A stretch of 40,880 nucleotides of DNA from Mogibacterium sp. (GTDB lineage: Bacteria > Bacillota > Clostridia > Peptostreptococcales > Anaerovoracaceae): assembly GCA_017433945.1 (NCBI GenBank), contig JAFRGH010000062.1, positions 1 to 40,880 of the forward strand, given 5' to 3'. Below, piece by piece: positions 26,386 through 35,888 of this stretch (the first letter of the stretch is position 1; each line of letters opens with the position of its first letter). The position numbers and the translations under genes are program-made. The notes beneath the pieces were generated by a model. It was given only the letters and a program-made list of their open reading frames with translations. It was not told where the DNA came from and searched no databases.

Positions 26386-27009
26386 ATGAAACCTGAAGAT
26401 ATAGAAAAGAAAAGCTTTGCGATAATAGCGGATGAGCTTGCGGAGATGGGTATTGTCCTCGACCCGGTCAATGATCCGGTCATCAGGAGAGCGATACACA
26501 CGACCGCTGATTTTGAGTATGCAAAGACTCTTGTTTTTTCGGAGAATGCTGTTGAAAAGGCAAGGGATCTCATACGCGGCGGAGCCGATATAGTGACAGA
26601 TACCAATATGGCGCTCACGGGCATAAACAAAAAACGCCTTGCAGCCTGCGGAGGCTCTGTTCGATGCTATATGGCTGATGCTGATGTTGCCGCAGAGGCA
26701 AAGAAGCTTGGTGTGACCAGGGCGTCGGTAAGCATGGAGCACGCCGCTTCGGATATAGATGCATCCGGCAAAAAGACGATATTTGCGGTCGGAAATGCTC
26801 CGACTGCTCTCATCGCGCTCAGAGAGATGTACGACAGGGGCATTTTTGTGCCTGATTTTGTCATAGGCGTTCCGGTAGGCTTCGTCAATGTGGTCGAATC
26901 CAAGGAGCTTATACTCGATACTGAGATTCCGCATATAGTGAACCGCGGACGCAAGGGCGGCAGCAATGTAGCGGCTGCGATAGTCAATGCTCTTTTGTAT
27001 GGGCTTTAG
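26386..27009 (+). CDS. cbiC: Cobalt-precorrin-8 methylmutase
   Basis: 207-aa ORF with CbiC/CobH-typical segments: IEKKSFAIIADEL, RAIHTTADFEY, FAVGNAPTAL and GRKGGSNVAAAIVNAL. Confidence 0.9.
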   Translation: MKPEDIEKKSFAIIADELAEMGIVLDPVNDPVIRRAIHTTADFEYAKTLVFSENAVEKARDLIRGGADIVTDTNMALTGINKKRLAACGGSVRCYMADADVAAEAKKLGVTRASVSMEHAASDIDASGKKTIFAVGNAPTALIALREMYDRGIFVPDFVIGVPVGFVNVVESKELILDTEIPHIVNRGRKGGSNVAAAIVNALLYGL

Positions 27010-27023
27010 CGGGAGATAAGCGG

Positions 27024-28223
27024 ATGAGGGAGCTGAGAAACGGTTTTACTACCGGAAGCTGCGCAGCCGCGGCGGCAAAGGCCGCCTGCCTGATGCTGCT
27101 GACCGGAAACAAAAGGGATTCGATCTCGATAGTCACGCCAAAGGGCCTGATCTTTGACACAGAGATACTGGACAGCTCTGTGTCTGAATCCTCGGCAAAG
27201 TGCGCTGTGAGAAAGGACGGAGGGGATGACCCCGATGTGACGACCGGCGCTCTTGTCTATGCAGAGGTCGCTTATGCGGAGCCGGCTTGCGCGGAGCCGT
27301 CTGAGCAGTCGGGACCGCATATAGTCATATTCGGAGGAGAGGGAGTAGGCAGGGTAACAAGGCCGGGGCTGGATCAGCCGCCCGGAGAATACGCGATCAA
27401 TTCCGTTCCCCGCCGCATGATAAGAGATGAGCTGCTCGAGGTATGCGGCTTGTGTGACTACAGAGGCAGCCTTGCGGTCACAATATCAGTGCCGGGAGGC
27501 GCCGAAATAGCAAAAAAGACTTTCAACCCGAGGCTCGGGATCGAGGGAGGCATATCGATCATAGGCACTTCCGGCGTGGTCGAGCCGATGAGCGAGCAGG
27601 CCATAATAGATACGATCAAAGTGGAGTTGAGGCAAAAGAGAGCTGAAGGGAACAGCACAGCCTTCATTTCACCGGGCAATTACGGACTGGATCATATGAG
27701 AGACAGCTATGGGATCGACCTGGATCAAAGCGTCAAATGCAGCAATTTTATAGGTGATACCATAGATATGGTCGTAAGCATGGGCTTTGATAATATGCTG
27801 CTCACCGGACACGCAGGCAAGCTGGTCAAGATAGCCGGCGGCATAATGAATACGCATTCGCGAATGGCTGACTGCAGGATGGAGATCATCGCAGCAGCTG
27901 CCGCTCGGGAGGGCGCCGATACGGCATTTCTGAACAGCATACTCGACTGCCTTACGACTGACGAGGCCTTTTCGCTCCTGGATGAGCGCGGCATGCTGCA
28001 TGCGGTATGCGAGAGGATAATGGAGCGAATTGCAGCCAATCTCGAAAAGAGGGCGGCAAGGGCCGCAGGAACGGATATAACAGATGCGGGACTGAGCGGA
28101 GCAGACTGCTGCAGGAGAGGCAGCAGCAAGGCTCTGCGCATCGAATGCATAATGTACACAAAGGAGCACGGACAGCTTGCCGCAACGAAAGGCGCGGCTC
28201 AGCTGCTCGCAGAGGTAAAATAA
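27024..28223 (+). CDS. cbiD: Cobalt-precorrin-5B (C1)-methyltransferase
   Basis: 399-aa ORF with the N-terminal LRNGFTTGSCAAAAAKAA signature, DDPDVTTGA, GISIIGTSGVVEPMS and GHAGKLVKIAGGIMNTHS. Confidence 0.9.
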   Translation: MRELRNGFTTGSCAAAAAKAACLMLLTGNKRDSISIVTPKGLIFDTEILDSSVSESSAKCAVRKDGGDDPDVTTGALVYAEVAYAEPACAEPSEQSGPHIVIFGGEGVGRVTRPGLDQPPGEYAINSVPRRMIRDELLEVCGLCDYRGSLAVTISVPGGAEIAKKTFNPRLGIEGGISIIGTSGVVEPMSEQAIIDTIKVELRQKRAEGNSTAFISPGNYGLDHMRDSYGIDLDQSVKCSNFIGDTIDMVVSMGFDNMLLTGHAGKLVKIAGGIMNTHSRMADCRMEIIAAAAAREGADTAFLNSILDCLTTDEAFSLLDERGMLHAVCERIMERIAANLEKRAARAAGTDITDAGLSGADCCRRGSSKALRIECIMYTKEHGQLAATKGAAQLLAEVK

Positions 28224-29009
28224 ATGATTAAACAGGTATATTTCGTCGGCGCAGGACCGGGAGCAGCGGATCTCATCACTCTGAGAGGAAAGAGAATAAT
28301 TGAAGGGTCTGATGTGATCATCTACGCGGGATCCCTTGTGAACCCTGAGCTGCTGAACTACGCGAAGCAGGGCGTGGAGATATATAACAGCGCGTATATG
28401 ACGCTCGAACAGGTTCTGGAAGTCATGAAAAAGAGCGCTGAAGCAGGCCTTACGGTCTGCAGGCTCCATACAGGTGATCCGAGCCTGTACGGAGCTGTAA
28501 GGGAGCAGATGGACGCGCTCGATGAACTCGGTATCAGCTATGAGTCCTGCCCCGGAGTTTCCGCCGCGTTCGGAGCTGCAGCCGCGATGGATATCGAGTA
28601 CACTCTGCCGGGTATCTCGCAGTCTCTTGTAATTACGAGAATGGCAGGCAGTACAGCCGTGCCTCCGAAGGAGAACATCGAGAGCTGGGCTTCCCATGGA
28701 GCCACTATGGCGATCTATCTCAGCACGGGTATGCTGGGAGAGCTGACGGAGAGGCTGATCGCAGGCGGATACAGTGCTGATACGCCGGCTGCGATAATAT
28801 ATAAGGCAACATGGCCCGATGAGGAATACTACCGCTGCAGGCTCTCGGAACTCGAAAAAACGGCAGCGGACCACGGCATCACCAGGACGGCGCTAATACT
28901 CGTCGGTGAAGCCATAGCTCCAAAGGATTACGAAAAATCAAAGCTGTACGACAGGGATTTTGAGACGGAGTTCAGGCCGGCTGCATCCGGCAGCGGATCC
29001 GTAAAATAG
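28224..29009 (+). CDS. cbiF: Cobalt-precorrin-4 C11-methyltransferase
   Basis: 261-aa ORF of the tetrapyrrole methylase family (VYFVGAGPGAADLITLRG, RLHTGDPSLYGA, PGVSAAFGAAA). Confidence 0.9.
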   Translation: MIKQVYFVGAGPGAADLITLRGKRIIEGSDVIIYAGSLVNPELLNYAKQGVEIYNSAYMTLEQVLEVMKKSAEAGLTVCRLHTGDPSLYGAVREQMDALDELGISYESCPGVSAAFGAAAAMDIEYTLPGISQSLVITRMAGSTAVPPKENIESWASHGATMAIYLSTGMLGELTERLIAGGYSADTPAAIIYKATWPDEEYYRCRLSELEKTAADHGITRTALILVGEAIAPKDYEKSKLYDRDFETEFRPAASGSGSVK

Positions 29010-29014
29010 CAACA

Positions 29015-30022
29015 ATGGAAGCGGTAATAATCACATTTACAAAAAAAGGCTGTGAGCTGGGAACACGGATCAGAGAAGAGCTCGAGGGCGGATACGCGCC
29101 GGGCAGCACGGACTCGGAGGCATTGAGCTGCAGGCTTGTCTATAAGGATGCGCTGCTCCCGGATGTATGCAGGGACGCTTTTGAGAGATCACTTCCTCTC
29201 GTTTTTGTCGGAGCTGCCGGCATCGCTGTTCGCTCGGTAGCGCCTTTTGTCAAAGACAAGCTGAGCGATCCTCCGGTCATCGTTATCGATGAACTCGGCA
29301 GATTCGTGATCCCGCTCCTCTCAGGACATCTTGGAGGCGCAAATGAGCTGGCGCTGAGGATAGCCGCTGTGTCAGGCGCCATACCTGTCATCACCACCGC
29401 AACGGATATAAACGAGGTCTTTGCCGTCGATCTCTTTGCGAAGGAAAACGGCCTCAGTATAATGAACAGGGAGGGCATAGCAAGGGTCTCATCCGCCGCG
29501 CTCGAAGGCAGAGCGGTGACTTTATCGATACAGGGATATCCGCCGCAGGGCGATGTCGACGTGCTGGTCAGCGGGGACATGCCTGAAGGCTGCCTCCGTG
29601 ACGCGGCGTCTATAGTGCTCTGCCCAAAGAAATACGCTCTCGGGATGGGCTGCCGCAGGGGCAAATCATTTGAGGAACTAAGGGCGTTCGCGGAAAAAGT
29701 GCTGTATGAAGGCGGCATCGACCGTAGAGACGTCGGCTGCATCGCCACTATAGATATCAAAAAGGATGAAGAGGGGCTCAGGGCTCTGTCGCAGGCATGG
29801 CGCTTGCCGCTTATAGCATTTGATGCGGAGCTGCTTGCAGGGGCAGAGGCCGGACAGCCGGAGGGATTCTCTCACTCTGAGCTGGTGCTTGAAAGGACCG
29901 GCGTTGACAATGTATGCGAGAGGGCGGCGGTACTGGCAGCGGGAGCAGGAGCTGAGCTCAGGATCCGTAAAACAGCTGAGAACGGTATGACTGCAGCGGT
30001 CGCGGCAAGACGTCCGTCATAG
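29015..30022 (+). CDS. cbiG: Cobalt-precorrin-5A hydrolase
   Basis: 335-aa ORF with a CbiG N/middle/C organisation (GIAVRSVAPFVKDKLSDPPVIVIDE, FVIPLLSGHLGGANELA, LGMGCRRG, ERTGVDNVCERAA). Confidence 0.88.
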   Translation: MEAVIITFTKKGCELGTRIREELEGGYAPGSTDSEALSCRLVYKDALLPDVCRDAFERSLPLVFVGAAGIAVRSVAPFVKDKLSDPPVIVIDELGRFVIPLLSGHLGGANELALRIAAVSGAIPVITTATDINEVFAVDLFAKENGLSIMNREGIARVSSAALEGRAVTLSIQGYPPQGDVDVLVSGDMPEGCLRDAASIVLCPKKYALGMGCRRGKSFEELRAFAEKVLYEGGIDRRDVGCIATIDIKKDEEGLRALSQAWRLPLIAFDAELLAGAEAGQPEGFSHSELVLERTGVDNVCERAAVLAAGAGAELRIRKTAENGMTAAVAARRPS

Positions 30023-30039
30023 GGAAAGGCATAATAAGC

Positions 30040-30840
30040 ATGACAGACAGTGATAAGCAAAATAAGAAACAGGGCAGGATCACGGTGGTAGGGATGGGCC
30101 CCGGAACTGAGTCCATGATGACTCAGCAGGCGAGTAGGGCCCTCGATCAGGCTGATGTGATAGTCGGATATACGGTATATCTGGATCTCCTTGGGAACAG
30201 GTTCAAAAATAAAAGATTCCTCACTACAGAGATGAAGCAGGAGACTGAGAGATGCAGGCTGTGTTTCGAGGAGGCTGCAAAGGGCAGTGATGTCGCTATG
30301 GTCTGCAGCGGTGATGCCGGGATCTACGGAATGGCGTCGCTGCTGTTTGAGATGAGAGAGGAATTCGCGGCTGCGGGCGAAATGAAAACAGCATATGAAA
30401 TAAAGATTGATGTCGTTCCGGGCATAACTGCTGCATCGAGCGGAGCCGCCGTGCTCGGCGCGCCGCTGAACCATGATTTTTGCGTGATAAGCCTCTCGGA
30501 TCTGCTGACGCCGTGGGAGCTGATAGAAAAGAGACTGAGGGCTGCAGCCGAAGGCGATTTCGCGATAGCCTTATACAATCCGTCGAGCAGGAAGAGGCAT
30601 GACTATCTCATGAAGGCCTGCGACATACTGCTGGAGACGGCAGAGCCGGGACGGGCCTGCGGATATGTCAGGAACATCGGCAGACAAGGTGAAGAATACG
30701 TGACGTGCACACTTGCGGAATTGAGATCTGCCGAGGTCGATATGTTCACGACTGTGTTCATCGGCAATTCGCAGACCAGGATATCAGGCGGCAGGCTCAT
30801 AACTCCGAGAGGATATATAAATAAGAGGAGGCAGCTATGA
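30040..30840 (+). CDS. cbiH: Cobalt-precorrin-3B C17-methyltransferase
   Basis: 266-aa ORF of the tetrapyrrole methylase family (ITVVGMGPGTESMMTQQA, SGDAGIYGMAS, VVPGITAASSGAA). Confidence 0.9.
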   Translation: MTDSDKQNKKQGRITVVGMGPGTESMMTQQASRALDQADVIVGYTVYLDLLGNRFKNKRFLTTEMKQETERCRLCFEEAAKGSDVAMVCSGDAGIYGMASLLFEMREEFAAAGEMKTAYEIKIDVVPGITAASSGAAVLGAPLNHDFCVISLSDLLTPWELIEKRLRAAAEGDFAIALYNPSSRKRHDYLMKACDILLETAEPGRACGYVRNIGRQGEEYVTCTLAELRSAEVDMFTTVFIGNSQTRISGGRLITPRGYINKRRQL

Positions 30841-33041
30841 CAGAAACGATAAATACTCCTGTAGAGGCGGGCGAAAACAAGCAGGTAAATGAGAGCGGAA
30901 AAAGGCCGCTGATATTTGCCGGGACTACCGAAGGCCGGCAGATGTCAGTGAGGCTGTCCGCAGCCGGCATCGAACACATAGTCTGTGTTGCCACAGCATA
31001 CGGAGAGCTTGTGATGGAGCCGGGACGCTTTGCGGATATAAGACAGGGAAGGCTCAGCGAGCCTGAAATGGAGGCTCTTATATCCACTGAGGCATCCGTG
31101 GTCTTTGATGCCACCCATCCTTATGCTCAAGAGGTCACGAAAAACATCCGGGAAGCAAGCTTTCGCACGGGAACGGCATATGTCAGGATAATCCGGAGGG
31201 AGAGCGCCGCGGGCGATCCCGCAGGCATCAGTACGTTTGCCGACGCCGCTTCATGCGCCGATGCGCTGACCGGGACTGAGGGCAATATATTGCTGACTAC
31301 CGGAAGCAAGGACCTGCATTTTTACGCCAAGGATGAAGAGGTCAGGACCAGGCTGTATGCAAGAGTGCTGCCGTCTGTTGAGAGCATTACTCTCTGTGAG
31401 GCGTTCGGTCTGCACGGCAGACAGGTGATAGCGATGCAGGGACCGTTCAGCTATGAAACGGATCTGGCAATGATCAGGCAGTACGATATACGCACGCTTG
31501 TTACCAAGTCCAGCGGTTCTGCCGGAGGATATGACGAAAAAATGCAGGCGGCGGCAGAGGCAGGCATCGATGTCTTTGTTATAGGAAGGCCTGCAGAGGA
31601 AAACGGCCTGTCGGTCAGCGAGGCCCTGCACGCGTATTTCGGGCTTGAACCTGTGATCAGAGTCGATCTGGTCGGGACCGGTCCGGGCAGACAGAGCCTG
31701 ATGACTGATGAAGCCCGGGAGGCAATAAGATCAGCTGAGATCATATTCGGCGCGCCTCGCATGATAGAGCCGTATAAGGACAAGCATGCCTGTCCGTATT
31801 ATCTTGCGAAGGACATTATTCCGGTGATAGAGAAGGAAAGACCTGAGCGCATAGCTGTGCTGTTTTCGGGTGATACAGGCTTTTACAGCGGGGCCGCTTC
31901 GATGGCGCCGGAGCTTGACAGCTGGCTTTCGGACAAGGGATATGAGAGTCAGATAGTGATACATCCGGGGATATCTTCGTTCTCTTATCTGTCAGCGGCT
32001 GCGGGCATAAGCTATTCGGATGCCGGATTCTGCAGCATTCACGGCAGAGCGGATGATGAGAACACGGATGCTGTTATAAGAACTGTTCGCCGCAAAGAGA
32101 ACACTTTCCTGCTTCTCTCAGGAGCGGCGGACGTAAGGAAGCTCGGCGGACTGCTTATCGAGAACGGACTGGAGGAGTGCACGGTAGTGCTTGGGAACCG
32201 GCTCTCGTACGACGATGAGATACTCGCTGCTCTGACGCCTGAGAAATGTAAAGCGGTCGTCAGAGAGGGCCTGTATACCGCGCTTATAGTCAACAAAAAT
32301 GCCCTTGCGGATGATGCCGCAGCGCGTGAAGCGCATGCTTCCGGCGCTGAGGCTGCAGCTGCGGCTTCAGCTGCGAATACGGAGCCGCCTGCGGAGCGGC
32401 AGACCCTGCAGGGCGCAGGCAGCGACGAATCCATCGCAAGGAGGCTCATGCCTGTGATCGATGATGAGAGCTTTATCCGCGGCAGGGTGCCGATGAGCAA
32501 GGATAATATCAGGCATCTGAGCATAATGAAGCTCGATCTCAGGTCGGATTCCGTGGTCTACGACATAGGCAGCGGAACAGGCTCGGTCGCCTGTGAGATG
32601 GCGGGCCTGAGTGAGAGTCTCAGGGTCTATGCTATAGAGATGAAAGAGGATGCCTGCAATCTGATCAAGCAGAACGCGGATCATTTCGGATTAAGAAATA
32701 TCGGAATAGTGTACGGAAAAGCTCCGGAGGCTTTTGCCGGGCTGGAGGCGCCGACGCATGCGTTCATCGGCGGCAGCTCGGGAAATCTCAGGAGCATAAT
32801 AGAAGCTCTGGTGGACAAGCTCAGGTCTTCGGGCAGCGAAAACGGAATCAGGATAGTTGTGAACGCAGTCAGTCTGGAGACGATCTCGGAGCTGAGCAGC
32901 CTTGCATCTGTAGAGGGCGTAAGCGATGTAAGCATAGAGCAGGTCTCCGTCAGCAGATCGAGGAAGCTCGGCAAGCATCAGCTTATGACGGCTGAGAATC
33001 CTGTGATGATCGCGGCATTCACACTCGGTGCAGGGAAATGA
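30837..33041 (+). CDS. cbiJ/cbiE/cbiT: Triple fusion of cobalt-precorrin-6A reductase (CbiJ), cobalt-precorrin-7 C5-methyltransferase (CbiE) and cobalt-precorrin-6B C15-methyltransferase, decarboxylating (CbiT)
   Basis: 734 aa. The CbiJ-like N-terminus is LIFAGTTEGR...THPYA...LVTKSSG (aa 1-270). The CbiE methylase domain starts at about nt 31653 (VDLVGTGPGRQSLMTDEA). An Ala-rich linker follows. The CbiT SAM-MTase domain starts at about nt 32457 (IRGRVPMSKDNIRHLSIMKL...VYDIGSGTGSVACE). Confidence 0.88.
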   Translation: MTETINTPVEAGENKQVNESGKRPLIFAGTTEGRQMSVRLSAAGIEHIVCVATAYGELVMEPGRFADIRQGRLSEPEMEALISTEASVVFDATHPYAQEVTKNIREASFRTGTAYVRIIRRESAAGDPAGISTFADAASCADALTGTEGNILLTTGSKDLHFYAKDEEVRTRLYARVLPSVESITLCEAFGLHGRQVIAMQGPFSYETDLAMIRQYDIRTLVTKSSGSAGGYDEKMQAAAEAGIDVFVIGRPAEENGLSVSEALHAYFGLEPVIRVDLVGTGPGRQSLMTDEAREAIRSAEIIFGAPRMIEPYKDKHACPYYLAKDIIPVIEKERPERIAVLFSGDTGFYSGAASMAPELDSWLSDKGYESQIVIHPGISSFSYLSAAAGISYSDAGFCSIHGRADDENTDAVIRTVRRKENTFLLLSGAADVRKLGGLLIENGLEECTVVLGNRLSYDDEILAALTPEKCKAVVREGLYTALIVNKNALADDAAAREAHASGAEAAAAASAANTEPPAERQTLQGAGSDESIARRLMPVIDDESFIRGRVPMSKDNIRHLSIMKLDLRSDSVVYDIGSGTGSVACEMAGLSESLRVYAIEMKEDACNLIKQNADHFGLRNIGIVYGKAPEAFAGLEAPTHAFIGGSSGNLRSIIEALVDKLRSSGSENGIRIVVNAVSLETISELSSLASVEGVSDVSIEQVSVSRSRKLGKHQLMTAENPVMIAAFTLGAGK

Positions 33042-34570
33042 AACAGTCACGCGTCATGACCGCCGCCGTGTCGAGCGGAAGCGGCAAGACCCTTATAACA
33101 TGCGGTCTGCTGTCATTTCTGAAGGATAGAGGGATATCTGTCAGCTCCTTCAAATGCGGACCGGATTACATAGATCCGATGTTCCACCGAAGGGTGCTGG
33201 GAATACCGGGAGGAAACCTCGACAGCTTTTTTGCCGGTGAAGCTGAGATACGGAGGATGATCGCTGATGCCGATACAGACGCGTCAGTGATCGAGGGCGT
33301 AATGGGCATTTACGATGGCGTCAGCGTAAAATGCTCAAAAGCAGCTTCGGATAGCGGCGCCCGAAAAGCCCCGGCAGGAACTGCGGCTGCCGGCTCGTGC
33401 TATGAGATCGCAAGGATCACAGATACTCCGATCATCCTCATCGTCAACGTCAAGGGCATGGGGCAGACTATGATCTCCGTGATCAAAGGTGTTCTTGCTG
33501 ATGATGACGAATGCCTCATAAGGGGCATAGTCCTTAACAGGATAAGCCGGTATTATTACGAAACTGTCAGACCGGGACTCGAGGCTGTCCTTGAGGGCAT
33601 CAGCGAAGGCCGTGGCGCCGGAGTATATCTGCTGGGAGGCTTGCCGGATGCTGAGGATATTAAACTCGAAAGCAGACATCTGGGGCTCATGATGCCGCAT
33701 GAGATAGATGATCTGCACGATCAGATAAAGAGAGCGGAGCAGCTGATAGCGGATAATCTCGATACCGAACGACTGCTTGATATCATGTCCGAAGCGGGGA
33801 TACCCGGCGAGGTATCCGTACGTGAGGCAGGAGAAGCCGCAGGGACTGACGCAGGGACCGCAGCAGCTACCGCTGCAGATTCCGGATTTGACGGACCTGT
33901 GCTGGCTGCTGCCCGCGATGAGGCGTTTTGCTTTTACTATGAAGAAAACCTTCGGTTCGTCGAGAGCTGCGGCATACGAATCAGGGAATTCTCGCCGCTG
34001 CATGACAGCTGCGTTCCGGATGACGCAGACGGACTGCTGCTCGGCGGCGGATACCCCGAGCTCTATGCAGAGGCTCTCAGCAGCAATACAGGGATGATGG
34101 ATTCGATAAGAGAGGCTCTCAGCGGCGGCATGCCGAGCCTTGCCGAGTGCGGAGGCTTCATGTATCTGCTTGACGGCATACAGGATCAAAACGGCAGTAT
34201 GCTGCCCATGGCCGGCCTTGTACCGGGAACAGCGGCAAACAGCGGAAGGCTCGGAAGGTTCGGTTATATAATGGTGACAGGTGACTGCAGGGATGATCGT
34301 CCGGATCTGAATTATAAGGCTGCTGAAACGCTGATATCAGGCCTGTCGGTCAGGGGACATGAGTTCCACTACTATGATTCGGATAACAACGGTACTGACG
34401 CGCTTGCTGTCAAAGCCGGAAGCGGCAGGACATGGCAGTGCATGCACGCGGGACCGGAGCATCTATGGGGCTATCCGCATCTCTACTATCCTTCGTGTCC
34501 GGAGCTGATAAGGAGATTCCGGAGCGTCATGCTTCGTTACCGCGATAAGAGAGGGAAAAGGCATGGATAA
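33038..34570 (+). CDS. cbiA: Cobyrinate a,c-diamide synthase
   Basis: 510-aa ORF with the N-terminal P-loop-like SSGSGKTLITCGL, KCGPDYIDP, and a C-terminal GATase domain with AECGGFMYL. Confidence 0.9.
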   Translation: MKQSRVMTAAVSSGSGKTLITCGLLSFLKDRGISVSSFKCGPDYIDPMFHRRVLGIPGGNLDSFFAGEAEIRRMIADADTDASVIEGVMGIYDGVSVKCSKAASDSGARKAPAGTAAAGSCYEIARITDTPIILIVNVKGMGQTMISVIKGVLADDDECLIRGIVLNRISRYYYETVRPGLEAVLEGISEGRGAGVYLLGGLPDAEDIKLESRHLGLMMPHEIDDLHDQIKRAEQLIADNLDTERLLDIMSEAGIPGEVSVREAGEAAGTDAGTAAATAADSGFDGPVLAAARDEAFCFYYEENLRFVESCGIRIREFSPLHDSCVPDDADGLLLGGGYPELYAEALSSNTGMMDSIREALSGGMPSLAECGGFMYLLDGIQDQNGSMLPMAGLVPGTAANSGRLGRFGYIMVTGDCRDDRPDLNYKAAETLISGLSVRGHEFHYYDSDNNGTDALAVKAGSGRTWQCMHAGPEHLWGYPHLYYPSCPELIRRFRSVMLRYRDKRGKRHG

Positions 34571-34805
34571 TTCGCACAGATTCTTTGAAAACAGGGATTG
34601 CAGGTATTATCCGTGCCACGAGGGAATAGATGATATCAATTGCCTGTTCTGCTACTGTCATATGTACGGATCCGGCAATTGCCCGGGGGAACCGAAATAC
34701 ATCACAAAAGGGGACAGGACCGTCAAGGTCTGCACCGGCTGCACGTTTCCTCACAGACCGGAGAACTACGACAAGGTGATAGAATTTCTCCGTCTGAACA
34801 AGTAA
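34563..34805 (+). CDS. Cysteine-rich small protein (CxYYPCH-type metal-binding domain) associated with B12 clusters
   Basis: 80-aa ORF overlapping the cbiA stop by 8 nt. It has 9 Cys and several His in motifs: CRYYPCH, CLFCYCHMY, GNCPG and CTGCTFPH. Confidence 0.75.
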   Translation: MDNSHRFFENRDCRYYPCHEGIDDINCLFCYCHMYGSGNCPGEPKYITKGDRTVKVCTGCTFPHRPENYDKVIEFLRLNK

Positions 34806-34869
34806 CAAACGGACTCTTTTGCTTCATTTTTCAATCACTGAGAGCTCCGGGAAAGGATATCGATTTATA

Positions 34870-35868
34870 ATGTCAGAGTTGATTTACAGACCGAGGAGGC
34901 TGCGCAGCACCCCTATGCTTCGCAGACTGGTCAGAGAAACAAGAATGGATCCCTCATCGCTGATCTATCCGATGTTCGTGACGGACGGACAGAACAGGAC
35001 AGAGGAGATAAGCGCTCTGCCGGGTCAGTTCCGGTACACGGTGGACATGACGGATCCTAAGATAGAGGAAATGCTCGAGGCAGGCGTCAGCAGCATCATG
35101 CTCTTCGGCATACCTGATGAAAAGGATGAAAGAGGTTCACAGGCCTATGCGGAGGACGGAGTGATACAGAGAGCGGTAAGCCGCATCAAGAACAAGTATC
35201 CGGAAATGCTCGTCATTACTGACGTATGCCTCTGTGAATACACTTCGCATGGTCACTGCGGAGTAGTCTGCAAATGCGGAAACAGATGCGATGTCGACAA
35301 CGATAAGACGCTCGAGCTGCTTCAGAAGACCGCTGTGTCGCACGCGGCAGCCGGGGCCGATATGGTCGCTCCCTCGGATATGATGGACGGCAGGGTAGGA
35401 GCAATACGCGAAGCCCTGGATGAGAACGGATTCACCAACATACCGATAATGTCATATGCCGTAAAATACGCATCGTCGTTTTACGGACCTTTTCGCGAGG
35501 CTGCAGGCTCGGCGCCGTCATTCGGCGACAGACGCAGCTACCAGATGGACTACCACAATCGCAGAGAGGGCATAAAGGAGGCCCTTCTGGACGTAGAGGA
35601 GGGCGCGGATATAATCATGGTCAAGCCTGCGATGGCTTATCTCGATATGACGAGGGAGATCCATGAAGTGACAGATGTGCCTGTTGCTGCGTACAGCGTC
35701 AGCGGTGAATACGCGATGGTAAAGGCTGCTGCTGAAAAAGGCTGGATAGATGCTGATTCGATCATATGTGAGATGGCTGTATCAGCTTACAGGGCAGGCG
35801 CGTCTATATATGAGACGTATTTCGCAAAGGAAATCGCTCAATTCATGAAGGAAGGCCGCATAGGATAG
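34870..35868 (+). CDS. hemB: Porphobilinogen synthase (delta-aminolevulinate dehydratase), zinc type
   Basis: The ATG at 34870 gives the canonical N-terminus MSELIYRPRRLRSTPMLRRLVRET. The Zn-Cys cluster DVCLCEYTSHGHCG and the active-site Lys regions SYAVKYAS and IIMVKPAMAYLD are present. Confidence 0.92.
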   Translation: MSELIYRPRRLRSTPMLRRLVRETRMDPSSLIYPMFVTDGQNRTEEISALPGQFRYTVDMTDPKIEEMLEAGVSSIMLFGIPDEKDERGSQAYAEDGVIQRAVSRIKNKYPEMLVITDVCLCEYTSHGHCGVVCKCGNRCDVDNDKTLELLQKTAVSHAAAGADMVAPSDMMDGRVGAIREALDENGFTNIPIMSYAVKYASSFYGPFREAAGSAPSFGDRRSYQMDYHNRREGIKEALLDVEEGADIIMVKPAMAYLDMTREIHEVTDVPVAAYSVSGEYAMVKAAAEKGWIDADSIICEMAVSAYRAGASIYETYFAKEIAQFMKEGRIG

Positions 35869-35888
35869 GCGAAAACGGGTGATCGATA

